This document shows, piece after piece, positions 49,501-63,375 of a stretch of 64,000 nucleotides of DNA (position 1 is its first letter; each line of letters begins with the position of its first letter). Where the stretch lies: assembly GCA_964016885.1 (NCBI GenBank), contig OZ024757.1:34286001-34350000 (forward strand), written 5' to 3'. The notes beneath the pieces are model-generated. The model searched no databases and was not told where the DNA came from. It saw only the letters and a program-made list of their open reading frames with translations. This stretch comes from Eledone cirrhosa (taxonomy: Eukaryota). Made by a program: the position numbers and the translations under genes.

Positions 49501-50344
49501 CCAGTGCGTTAATGAGTGTACAGGTCTGCCCCACGTTGTTTTCTTCTTTTTTAATATTCTCCCCCTTTTTTCTTCCTTATTATTCTCTCCGTATCTTCTT
49601 TCTTTTTCTTCTTCTTGTAATGTGTATAGCTGCATAGTCTTACGTTAAGAAGAAATGTTTTGTTAATATTAAGATATGGAGCATAACAAAAATTGGAATG
49701 GAGATCGGAAAGAAAAGTGAAAGTATTAAGACAATAGTATTTATTTTAGTCAAATTTCTTCAGTTTCGGTCCCTTATTTTACCGAATACATGAAAACAGA
49801 CAGATGTATGTAAAATAGTGCATGTAGATATAATACTTACATATTAATAAGACCGATCGAGGAAAATATATATCGAAATAGGTCAGCGAGGACAATGACA
49901 GCTACGAGAGAACTTGTAGATTTTACAGCAAACGTTGATCGACATTTTCAGGTGAAAATAATAAAGAATGCTGAACCTACTTCTTTTACATGGTTAATTA
50001 TCAATTATTTATATTTAATTCGATTCTCTTTAAAGCCGATGGTGAATCTGTCAGACAATAGGAAGACATGAATTGTAATCATTTGAGAAGTTTTATAATA
50101 ACAATAAACTGCCAGGGGAAGTAAGTCAGAAGACTTTATTGCATTTTAAATATTTGATCATTCTTCATGTCTTCTATGATTGTCATCACCCCTAACGCTA
50201 CTACTACTTTTAATTATTCTTAAAAGTAGAAACAACTATTAACACAAACACAGTAGCATAAAAGATGACCTAACTCGTATTAATATTCATGTTTGTACCA
50301 ACACCGCTTTGATATTGATAGTTGGACCAACACCGTCTCGACTG

Positions 50345-50770
50345 CCTCAAGCCGAACATCTACGCGTAGCTTAATTCGGTACTCTTTTTCATCAACCAAG
50401 TACGCTTCTTGATGATGAGTGCACCCGTATCGAAGTGCCTCAGCCTCCATGAGTGTGAGTCACACAAGTACTGTTGTGGAGACATGGTCGACAAGTTCAG
50501 ACTACATCTGCTCTCATGTCGCCTTATCGTGACTGGTTTCTCGTGGTGATGATAAGTGCTCAGATGGGATAACCCTTTTCCTGTTCGAGGGAGTGAACCA
50601 CGACATCTTCTCCACCTCCAAATCATGCAATTTCGGCCATCAATCCAGACACTGTCTTCCGTAACGAAGAGGAATGAAATATTTCCAAATACCGGGACTT
50701 GACAGATCGCTTCTTTTCCGTGCTGGTCGCTATCGAGACGTCTAGCAATGTTTTCTGACTGGATGCTATT
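50345..50770 (+). mobile_element. CRE-like retrotransposon remnant (zinc knuckle plus RLE)
   Basis: Plus-strand peptides LLDDECTRIEV, HKYCCGDMVDKFRLHLLSCR, RGDDKCSDGITLF and SKYRDLTDRFFSVLVAIETS occur in the expected order; broken by indels. Confidence 0.65.
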
Positions 50771-52034
50771 CATGATACAAACCCTTTTCGTTGTCTTTTA
50801 CGACATTTAGGGATACGATACAGCTATTCTAAAATCCAGTATGTCATTAACAGACCTGTCAACTCTTCCCGCCCTACAGGGAGGTCTTCCACCCACTTTG
50901 GGGTGGGTGAGAGATGTCTGTCCTTGTGAAAATGGGAATAGCTTTCAGTATATAAAATTTCCCCATTTTGCCTAATTTCTCCCCGGTGTGGGGCACTTTT
51001 TTCATGGTACTCCCCGTTTGGGTTTTTAGAGGTTGGCAAACCTGGAGCATGTCATTAATATTGATTACAGCACAATTTTGTTTTAGTTTTGCTAGGGATA
51101 TGGGCAAATCTTTGTGCACGTTGATAACAGAGAAGAGAGGACACTCCAGTCTTAGAGAAGATAAGCCAAACTCTCTAGTGTTGGCACCATAATAGAATTC
51201 AGCTAATACACTCTAACGTGCATGGTCAACAGAAACAACATAGGGTTAAAAGAAATATTTGATCTTGCGGGGGACAAGACAACATTTATTGTGCTGCTAA
51301 CACAACAAAATGCATCCAGTACACCCTGTAAAGGGATTTTCTAAAAAAATCTATTTATATGTATGTGTGGAATTTGGTAGACGGAAACTGCAGAAGCCCT
51401 TCATATATATATGGCACTACAACGGAATTGACTGTCAGAAGTGAAAGTAGAAGAATGTGACGTATATATATTGTACTTTGGGCGGGTCATGCTCTGTTTA
51501 TTGCCTGTGATTTGATGTTCAACGAAAATAGATCGATAAAATAAGTACGTTTGAAAAAAAATGCTGGGGTCGATATGATGGAATAAATAAGACGATGCCC
51601 TAGCATGACCGTAGTCTGTGTGTGTGTATATATATAAACACATACAGACATACATATTGACAGTATGCTATGCGCATGTCTAACCGGATATTTAGTTGGT
51701 TGCCAAAATTTAACGGGCATATAATAATTTCATTTATATGGAGAATAATTTTATTATATGTATTTTATAATTTAATTAATATTACAATAATGCACATATA
51801 TATATACATGGTAGCAATTCTGTGTATAGTAAAACGTTGACCACCATCGCCAGTGAGTTCATAGTACAAGCTGTAATTTGTGTGGCATTTGGCTGCTATT
51901 TCTAGCATTCTTCAATTCACAACTTTGAATCTTCAAACGAGGTACATTTTTTTTTATTTATGTTTTCTTTTTACAACAATATAACATTTAATTATATTTG
52001 ATCTGTCTTCCCTAAATATATATATTACGATGAT

Positions 52035-52140
52035 ATATTATTACACAATCAGAAAGTATAGCTGTAGTGTAACATATATTTATATAGTGTTACACAATTT
52101 GAAGGTGTGGCTGTAGTTTAACATATAAAGGGTGTCTCCA

Positions 52141-52175
<35 letters not shown>

Positions 52176-53290
52176 TTGATTAGAATGCTGTATACATTTT
52201 TTTTGGGGGGGGGGGGGGCATCGTGTATATGTTACACAATCTGAAGGTGTATCTATTGCTTAACACATATATTGTTACACAATCTAATAGTGTAGCTGTT
52301 GTTTAACATATATAATGTTACACAATCTGAAGGTGTATCTATTGCTTAACACATATATTGTTACACAATCTAATAGTGTAGCTGTTGTTTAACATATATA
52401 ATGTTACACAATCTGAAGGTGTAGCTGTGATTTAACATATGTATTATATACGTAAAAGAGGTAGGGACCCCGTAAGGATGAACGGCAAAGTTGACCCCGG
52501 GAGGATTTGAACTCAGACTATAAAGGGCCGTAACTCTTTGCTGCAAAGCATGGCATCAGACCCTCTACCGATATATATATATATATATAATGTTACACAA
52601 TCTGATGGTTTAACTATGGCTTAACATATACATGGTGTCCAAAAGAATGTATACATACTTTGATTAGCGTTTAATGCATACATACTTTGATCTGTTTAAG
52701 TGTGTATACATTTTTAGGGAGACCCTGTATATATAATGTTACACAGTCTGATAGTGTAACTAGTTTAACATATATATATAATGTTACACCATCTGATGAT
52801 ATAGCTGTGGTTTAGCATATATAGGGTGTCCCAAAAAATGTATATACACTGGTGTAGCTATAGTTTAACACAGATATATATATATAATGTTACACAACCT
52901 TAAGGTGTAGCTGTGGTTTAGCATATATAGGGTGTCCCAAAAAATGTATATACACTGGTGTAGCTATAGTTTAACACAGATATATATATATAATGTTACA
53001 CAACCTTAAGGTGTAGCTGTAGTTTAACATATACAGGGTGTCCCCCAAAAATATATATGCCCTTTGATTACAATGCTGTTGAAGTGTGTATACATTTTGG
53101 GGACAATGTATATAATTGTTTCTACTTTAGGCACAAGGCCAGCAATTACACAGTGCATTACTGGTACTTTATTTTATCGACCCCGTAAGGATGAAAGGCA
53201 AAGTCAACCTCGGCGGGATTTGAACTCAGATCGTAAAGGGACGTAAAATAATGTTACACAATCTGAAGGTGTAGCTGTAGTTTAACATAC
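52035..53290. repeat. Intronic ~43-bp repeat array interleaved with MITE and SINE pieces
   Basis: About 13-15 copies of ATGTTACACAATCTGAAGGTGTAGCTGTAGTTTAACATAT. Three copies also occur at 19391-19555. Confidence 0.9.
53034..53108. mobile_element. Tc1/mariner-like mini-MITE; copies at ~16553-16626, 52128-52226, 52631-52727
   Basis: TA-CAGGGTGTCCC..AAAA...GTATACATTTTGGGGACA..G-TA, palindromic termini in TA context. Confidence 0.7.
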
Positions 53291-54034
53291 TATGTATAGA
53301 GTACTTCTTTGATTTGTGGTTTTCTTGCTCCTAATACTGCAGACTATCAATATATAGAGCCACCTGACACTATAGAAATGTAATAAATTTTCCTCTGTAG
53401 AATCTCTACATTTTAAAGTATCTTCTATATCTTATACTGTTTCTCTATTATTTCAGAATATCAGATGACATTGGCATAAAGGAATATTTGGCTCCAGCTA
53501 CATCATCAATATTTACCATCTTTTAAAGACTAAAGGAAAATATATATATGTAACAGATATAGCACTGTTTATATAAATCTATGGCAGAATTACTGGGAAA
53601 TATTTCATCTGAATTGAGATTATTAGCAACATTTCTCCATTTTGTTGGCTGTAAAGTGACACAAGATGATTTCAAATTCTAATTAACCCTTTAGCATTTA
53701 AATTGGCTGTATCCGACCAGAATTCTCTCACCTCTTTCTGTTCAAACCGGCTGTAACTGGCTGCTCATACTGATGCTAAAGTATCGTTCTCAAAATAAAT
53801 AATATCAAAATCTCATAAATTCGAGATTATGTGAGATGAAGCCTTTACTGTGAAAATACAATAGTAAATATAGAGTAATGTAAATGCTAAAGGGTTAAAC
53901 TTACAAATGAGATTTCACTAACTTCACATATCAATAAAAGTCAGTATTGATGGAAACGTAGCAGTAGAAATATTTGTAATAATAAATTTAAAAACAAAAG
54001 GACTTTTCAATAGTTTGGTGAAAGAAGAATCAAT

Positions 54035-54802
54035 ATGGAAATGGAATTACATGAGAACCAGATTGAATGTAAAACAGTGTCTAAAAGGATTAACTCTCCC
54101 GATGAGAGGCTGAAAGTGATAGGAAAATCATCATACCACTGTGATATCTGTAAAAAGTCATTCTCTCAAAAAAGTAATCTCACTGCTCACAGACGTATTC
54201 ATACAGGAGAGAAACCATATCACTGTAATGTCTGTGATAAATCATTCTCTCGAAACGATGACTTAAGTATACATATACGCACTCATACAGGGGAGGAGCC
54301 ATATCGCTGTGATATCTGTAGTAGATCATTTACTCATGGGAGTACCTTAACTACTCATAGACGTATTCATACAGGAGAGAAACCATATCACTGTGATATT
54401 TGTGATAAATCATTTGCTCAGAATTCACACTTAACTAAGCACAAACGTATTCATACAGGAGAGAAACCATATCAGTGTCATATCTGTGGTAAATCATTTT
54501 CTCGAATATATACTTTAACTGCTCACATACGCATTCATACAGGAGAGAAACCATATCATTGTGATATCTGTGGGAAGTCATTTTCTCTAAAAAGTCACAT
54601 AACATCTCACAAAAACATCCATACAGGAGAGAAACCATATCACTGTGATATTTGTGGTAAAACGTTCTCTCAAAGAAATCATGTAAATAAACATGTATGT
54701 CTCCATGCAAGAGAGAAACCATATCAATGTGATATTTGTGGTAAATCATTCTCTCAGAAGTGTCAGTTAAGTACACATATACGTATTCATATCGAAGAGT
54801 AA
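54035..54802 (+). CDS. C2H2 zinc-finger protein ZNF6 (255 aa; 8 fingers)
   Basis: Intact ORF; acceptor at 53456. Confidence 0.94.
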   Translation: MEMELHENQIECKTVSKRINSPDERLKVIGKSSYHCDICKKSFSQKSNLTAHRRIHTGEKPYHCNVCDKSFSRNDDLSIHIRTHTGEEPYRCDICSRSFTHGSTLTTHRRIHTGEKPYHCDICDKSFAQNSHLTKHKRIHTGEKPYQCHICGKSFSRIYTLTAHIRIHTGEKPYHCDICGKSFSLKSHITSHKNIHTGEKPYHCDICGKTFSQRNHVNKHVCLHAREKPYQCDICGKSFSQKCQLSTHIRIHIEE

Positions 54803-54999
54803 CTTTATCAAAGTCAAAATTAATTTTATCTAAGTTGGTTGTGCTGGTGACATGACAAACAAACCCAGTCCACCCTGTAAGGTGGTTGGCATTAGCAAAG
54901 GCATCCAGCCATAGAAAACCAAGCCAAAAAAACCCTATTTGTTTGGCCTCATAATGTCACGGCCTGTCTTACCCATGCAAACATGGAAAATAGACATTA

Positions 55000-56135
55000 C
55001 GAAAGTTGGCTAAAAAGTTCATATGCTGACCAAGATACTCTCATAGAATGTGACCAAATAAGGTATATTTTTCAACAGTCTCCTTTGCGGTCCACACACT
55101 TCTTCCATCGGTGTTGTAGTGCTTGGATCACATTAGTGATGAAGCTTTCATCCTGTTGGTCAAAAAATCATCAACAGAAGATACAAACTCATCATCCTTC
55201 TGAATATATGATAGTCAGATGGGGCCAAATCAGAATAGAGAGGGTGATCAACCAATTCAAAGCCACAGTCACACACAGCAGCCATTGAAATCAAGGACTT
55301 GTGTGCTGGAGCATTATCCTGATGCAATAAGAGCTCTTTTGTCAGTTTTCCTAGGTGTTTGGTCTTGAAAGCCTTTCGTAACTGCCTCAGCAATAACCAC
55401 AATGCCTTTTGTATACCTGCAAATGAAACGATTTTGGCCTTCTTTGAAGCAGGTGAGGTAGGTTGTCTCTGGCTCAAAGTGATGAACCCAACACTCATCC
55501 TGGGTTAGGAAATGTTCAAGGAAACCAGCTGGATTTGCCTCTAACAATGTCAGGTTTTTTCCTGTGATATGATCAGCCTGGTACTCTTTTGATCAGGTGA
55601 CAGAAGGCTTGGCACTTGCCAAGCAGAAACTTATCATGCCAAATTCATTGTGTAGAATATTCTCAACTCTCTCACGGGATATGCTAATAGCATTAGCTAT
55701 TTGATTTATAGTCAATCATCTGTCATCCATCACCTTGTGGTGAACACGATCAATGTTTTCCTCAGTGGTGGACTTGCAGAAAGTCCAGACCTTGGATCAT
55801 CTTCCCCTACTATATTTAGCTACCCACTTTTGCACTGTTGATAAAGCTAGAGTGTCATCCCCTAATGTAGCAACCATGTCAGTATGAATGTCCTTGGGGG
55901 CTAAAGCCTTTTTCTGCATGTATTTGATAACACTACGATGCCAAATTTTGTCCATTTTCAAGAGAAGTAGCTACTAGTTACTTTTGATGTCTCTTTTTAA
56001 CAGTCAGATATATGTTTACCTGGAAAGAAACAATGCAGTTATTAATAAGAAGAGTTTAAATTAATGCATGCAAGATTTCACTGCTCTAACATTACTCCTT
56101 CATAGTCAGCCTATGAACTTTTCAGCACATCCTCA
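55000..56135 (-). mobile_element. Defective mariner transposon with both TIRs
   Basis: TA-CGAAAGTTGGCTAAAAAGTTCATATGCTGAC ... GTCAGCCTATGAACTTTTCAGCACATCCTCA-TA. Motifs DECWVHHFEPET, LHQDNAPAH and YSDLAPSDY. Frameshifted; it splits an older repeat at a TA. Confidence 0.9.
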
Positions 56136-58699
56136 TAAACTGTGATGATGATGATGAAAACAGTATCTGATATAACCATAAATGTATTCACACAAGGACA
56201 ATATAACGGTGTGATATCAACCATGTAACACTTTTGAAATAGAAATAGAAGCTATGCTGTAATATTTTTTACTATAATATAGACTAATAATGGAGCGTAT
56301 AAAGCGCTAAAGTCTAAAAGTCTGTCTTAACCCTTTAGCATTTAAACTGGCCATTTCTGGCCAGAATTCTCTCACCTTTTTCTGTTCAAACTGGCTGTAA
56401 CCGGCTGCTCATACTGATAAGGTAGTGTTCTCAAAATAAATAATATCAAAATCTCATAGATTCGATATTATGTGGGGTAAAGCCTATACCGTGAAAATAT
56501 AATAGTCTATATAGAGTAATATAAATGCTAAAGGGTTGAGCCATTTAACGTTTGTTAGGCCAGTGCATATCTCGGTTTCATGGCATTAAGTGACTGAAAA
56601 TACAAAACTTCTCCCTAGACAGAATGCCAGACAATTGCAGGGTTAAATCCCCAGCTATTGCCAGTACTCATTTTCAGCTGAGTATACTGGAGCAACATGA
56701 AATGAAGTGTTTTGCTCAAGAACACAACACATAACCCAGCCCAGGAATCAAATCCACGACATAATGATTGTAAGTCCAACATCCTTACCACTGGGTTACG
56801 TGCCTACACTCAGCGGTATAAAACCTACCAAACAGAAAAAGATGGGTATCAGCAGACATCTTTTTCTGTTCAGTGAGTTTATACACCCCCATTATTAGTC
56901 TATACTATAGTAAAACAATATTACAGTGTAGCTTCTATTTCTACTTCAATTCTAAACTTCACTCGCCACGTTCCAAACATACTTCCAATGTAACACTATA
57001 TTTTATATAAACACATCTATATTTATGTTTGTGGGGTAACTAACCACAGGAATATTTTTTTAATAAAATCATTGTTACAGAATAATATATATTTTGATCA
57101 AGAGATATTTATATAAAATGTATGTCTCCCTGTTAAGATTTATATCGTTTTATTTCTTTTATTTCACTCATGATTTCTTTGTGACTTGATGTTTCATTTA
57201 TTAATGAAAATTGTGTACAGTGCTCAGGTGCACTACAACTTATCAAAGGTGCATGTGTACTACATAGAATAATGTACAAATGTCAGGAAAGTGAACAGTG
57301 TATGTGTCATGATATACTCACAGATACATGCGTGTGTGTGTGTATGGAGGGGAAATATCAGGTGTAGTGTTGGTGAATTTCGGGAAGCATGGAAGTTTTG
57401 AAGGATGCAGTGTCCCAACAGCTAACAACTGATGCAGGTAGTTTGTTCCATGCTTCAGCTACTCTGAGCGTGAAAAAATGTTTCAGAAAATCATGGGAGT
57501 TGTGCTGTTTTCTGATTTCATGGACTGACAAATTATATTTGGAAGTAAACACTTGACGTTGAGTGTTTGAATCTAATTACATCGTTATTCACTGATAGGT
57601 GCATTACATATGCAGCCCTGATAAGTATATGTGTGTGTAATGGTCATGCTGAAAAGAAATAGGTAGAAACTCCACTCCATACAGTGTATCCATTGTGGAT
57701 TGTGGATGCACAAGAGATCTAACGAGATCACAGGTAGGCTAACAGAGAAGATAGACTTCATATATGACAGGTGCACAGAAGTAGTTAACAGTAACGGTAC
57801 TCTGGAAATGAACTCCCTCATATGTTTGGAAAGTTCACTAGAAGTAGTAGATAGCTTTTGCTATCTAATGGACCTCATTAGCAGTGGAGGTGGTTGTACT
57901 GAAAGTGTTATAGCAAGACTGAGAACAGAGTAGAAGTTCAGGGAGCTGCTTCCTCTGCTGGCAACAAAAAGCTTCTTTTTGTTATGCTGCATGGCAATGA
58001 GATGTGAGCTCTGAATGTAGACGATCTGTGGTGGCTAAGAAGAAATGAATGTGTCATGTTAGTGTGCATGAACAAAAAGAGCACAAGGGAACTGAGAGAA
58101 AAGCTGAACATAGGAATTTAATCTAGTGTGTATGCCGTCTAACCCATGCTAGCGTGGAAAATGAGCGTAAAACGGTGATGATGTGCAAGAGATATGATTG
58201 TGCTGGTGTGATCATATAATGCATAAGGAGAAAAAACTGTATAAAAAGTTGCCGAGCATTTGAATTGGTTGGAATTTGTGGAAGAGAGACCAGTGAAGAC
58301 ATAGGACAAAGTTGTGAATTTGACCTAAAGAAACTGATCCACACAAAGAAGATGAATCTCACAATAAGCTCTCCAGTCGTATCAATGGCCACGAAAAATA
58401 CATCCGGTACACTCTGTGAGGTAGTTGTTGATAGAAAGGACGCCCAGCTATAGAAACCATACCATTATTCCTTAAACGGTGTTTTTTTTTGGGGGGGGGG
58501 GGGAGGCTTTTCAGTTGTGCTAAACATGGTGACCTCCTCAGTGCTGGTGTCACAATTAAATTTCACGATGTACTCTGCACGCACATACATACACACACAG
58601 AGCACTCTCTTTACCTTTCCTACGGAAATACTTCATTTTTATATATATATATATATACATATTCATACACACACACACATATATATATATAACATTTTA

Positions 58700-58892
58700 T
58701 ATCGAAACTGCGGCGAAGTAAATAAAGTCAGCTTTACTGTAATTTAGAAAGATGCGAGTGAAAGTGTTGCTGTAGAATAAAGTTGATAAACATCTTTCGA
58801 AGCTCCAAATCTAACAACGAAATCATTTCTTTGGTAGTTTGGGTGAAAGCTATAACACATTGATTCACTGTTTACATCTGGAGACGGTAAGT
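58700..58892 (+). promoter_or_regulatory. Putative promoter motif and first exon of ZNF7
   Basis: TATCGAAACTGCGGCGAA at 58700 and TGTTTACATCTGGAGACG|GTAAGT donor at 58887. Similar to 31978-32176. Confidence 0.6.
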
Positions 58893-60229
58893 TGACGAAA
58901 ATTTACTCTTCCCCTTCAAGTACACAGTAAATGTATAGAAGTTAAAATACATAGCAACATTGGAAAATATATATTTCATCGTTTTGATTTTACGTACAAT
59001 ATATGATACCAGGCCTGCCAACCCCTAAAAACCCAAACGGGGTTACCATGAAAAAAAAAGTGCCCCAAACGGGGAGAAATGAGGCAAAAAATGGGCAGAT
59101 TTTATATAATGAAAGCTATACCATTTTTCACAAGAGAAGACATCTCTGATATATAATATTCCGAAACTCAAACGTTGATTTCTTATTTCTAAACATCCAT
59201 TTTTGACTACGATGTAAATTATATTCCACATTGTTTACTAAAAATAGGTGTATCGGCTGAAAGACTCAAGTATATGCGGTAGTTGTAATGGCTATTTCAA
59301 CGCGTCTCTCGATATCGTTCGCCATTCTGTCTGCTGGAACCACAAAGCAGCTTGTGCCTGGGGTTCTGCACGCCGGAGAATGTTCTCCCACATCGTCCTG
59401 GCGTGTATCATTGGGGTAGCGATGTTTATAAGTTGCTGAAAGATATGTGTGGACCCATTGTGTGACCTTCAGTGCTTTGAAAACTAACACATGTCAAAAT
59501 CCAAAGAGGTCACAAGCTCTCCTATCCAGATGTCATAGTCAGAAACTGATATTGATGTTCGAGATCCAGACATGCAATGGGTAACAGACCTCTGTGGAGA
59601 TCTATTGTTGAGTTTATCACAGCTGAGGTGGCAGGATGATGATTATTTACTTCTGTAGATGTAAGTTAAATATCAACGATCATCATCGTCCAGTTTTTGA
59701 TTATGCAGGACACAATTAATCCCTAAGTAGGGGGTGGATCCTGCCTGACAGCACTCCTTAGCGTCCCGCTCCATGTTTTCTGTCTGCCAGTCTCACATGA
59801 GCCAAGCCAAGCCTAACTTGATCCCAATGGACATCCTCCAAACAAGTCATTTTTGGTCTTCCAGAGACTCTACTGCCTTCTGGATCAACATTCATCACTT
59901 AGCTGATCCAGCCCTCACTGCACTCGACATGGCCCTAGCAGCGCATGCGTCTTGTGTGAAGCACAGTACTCTGTTATTCTTGCTTTTCAATGTGAGATAT
60001 TCCTGTCAATGATTACACCATATTGTAATTCTTCTTCTTTTCGTATCTTCGAAGCATGTGGTTATATGACAGTTTCCCATTTCTTTACACAGTCCTTTAC
60101 CATCTGAGTTCAAATCCTGCCAAGGTTAACTTTGCCTTTCATCCTTACAGGGTTGATAAAATAAAGTACCAGTAATACACTGGAATAATTGCTGGCCTTG
60201 TGCCAAAAGTAGAAACAATTATTATTAAA

Positions 60230-60460
60230 TTCTGCAAGATCTTTCAAGCTGCACTGGTTAGGTAGTAGAGGGCAAACAAGGCAGTGCTGTATCGTATGGT
60301 CCTCCTCTCCGCATTCGCAGATGGTTGGGCCCTGGTCTTGTAGCCCCATCTGGCCATAGCAGCTTTTGATTGCCCCCTTCCTGTTCTCAGGCGGTTGAGT
60401 GTCTTCCACTGGACCCATGGTGCTTCTGAGCCAGGAGGGAGGGCTATGTTATCTATGAAG
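60230..60460 (-). mobile_element. Non-LTR retrotransposon C-terminal CCHC region (I/Ingi-group-like)
   Basis: WKTLNRLRTG...MARWGY and ICECGEEDHTIQHCLVCP across a frameshift. Confidence 0.7.
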
Positions 60461-60599
60461 ATGGCCTGAACGACAACAGATAAAATCCCATCGTGGTTCT
60501 GGATCTTTACATTGAGTTCAAATCCCCCCTCAAGGTTGACTTTGCCTTTCATCCTTCTGAGATCAATAAAATCATGTACCTGTCGTAAGAAACGAAGGG

Positions 60600-61640
60600 A
60601 CTTACCTTTGTGTCTCCACTTGTATCTGGGCCAAATCTGCCTGCGTGATGCTCACCTGCTTCGCGTATGGCCAGAGAACATAGCAAAACTTACACAAGTC
60701 ATACGTAGTGTCCGCTCATGGTTGGTCACGGCTTAGAAACCTAGAGGGAGATACAACCCTCACTTCCTTCGACGTCACGTCACTGGCCCTTTGCCTTCGG
60801 CATGCCTCCCCTTGCACTTCTGGTTCCATAGCCACACATGCCCCCCCCCCTCTCTGTTTCTCAAAGATTACCCCATCACTTCACTCCATGTCAAAGTCTG
60901 CTGTCCACGTAGGTGAGTGACATTCCCGTTGTGATCTCTGCAAAGCTGAGGCCCGATTTCATCCTCCCCTTCTCTGAAGTCCGTCAGATCTATGATTTTG
61001 CGGACATTCAAGATATGATGTGTCATTCCATCCACAGACATGTTGTTTTGGCATATTACAGCTGTTACTGTTCCCTTTCTCCATTGAGATATGCAGCATG
61101 CATTTAGGGGTGTGACCTAGATTGTTACCGACCTGCATGAATGCATACACTCTCTCTTCCACAGGTCATTGTAATATCATGCAGAGATGTCACCATTCAT
61201 ATCTGTATATCGCCCTGTATGACACCGACTCCTAGATCTCTTCTGATAGGGGCCGTCTTACCATACCAGAACACTGCCTCCATTGGTGAAATGTATCCCC
61301 TCTCTACCATAGGCTTGATTGTGCGATGGCGTCTTGCCACAATTTCATTTCCACTCAGCCTATATGCTACTCTGAAGAAGCAGCTCACATACCACCCATC
61401 GAGCATCTCCTTCAGCACCTCTGAGCAAAATGCCTTGCTATTATCCATTAGCTGTTCATCCACAGGGACCAACTACAGGAATATCTCTTTCAGCATCCAT
61501 GCAATTTCATCTGCACTCCCCGTCTTTATCTCCCTCCATATCATAATCTGCCCCAGTCCATAATTGACCATGAAGAGATACGTCCCCTGTCGGTAGTGTA
61601 TCAGATCCATTGCCAATCGCTTCCGGTTGTGTTTCACTGT
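60600..61640 (-). mobile_element. Decayed Gypsy-type LTR retrotransposon integrase, PPT and start of LTR
   Basis: LAMDLIHY, LMDNSKAF, AYRLSGNEIVARRHRTIK, EAVFWY and NNMSVDG. Purine tract AGAGAGGGGGGGGGG is followed by CA-TG (TG starts at 60838). The far LTR end is uncertain. Confidence 0.7.
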
Positions 61641-62149
61641 CTCACTGCCAGTCGAGTACTTTATTCCAAATTTGCTAAATATGCCTAAATTAGAAAATGG
61701 TCCCAGCAGATGTTAGAAAATCTCTCATGCCTGTTCCTCCAAATCCACTTATCTCTGAATACTCAATAACTTCCCCTCCAAAATCTCCAGCAATTTGTTT
61801 TATATTTAGGGAATTTGGTGGTAAAATTAGATATTTTAAAAAACTTATTAGTTTGGTCTGTAGAAAATTTTCCGCCGTTAAATCTCTACCGTTTAAATAT
61901 CCCATATATTTTATACTATTTCTCTATTATTTCAGAATATCAGATGTATTTGAATAAAAGGATTTCTTTATTCAAATACATCTATATATATATATAAGAT
62001 ACAATATTTGTTATCTTTTAAAGAACACAGAGTGAGTGTTGGATAAGAAACTTTTGGAGGAACCCATATACTGTTATTTGGTCATAATATAAAATATACT
62101 CCTCTACTATTTTTTCACCAAACCCTCTTTGGAAGCCACTACAGTAGAA

Positions 62150-63375
<1,226 letters not shown>

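Noticed and set aside
52035-53290. True CRISPR array
   Set aside because: Repeats are degenerate and often adjacent, inserts vary widely in length and are recognisable TEs, and there are no cas genes.
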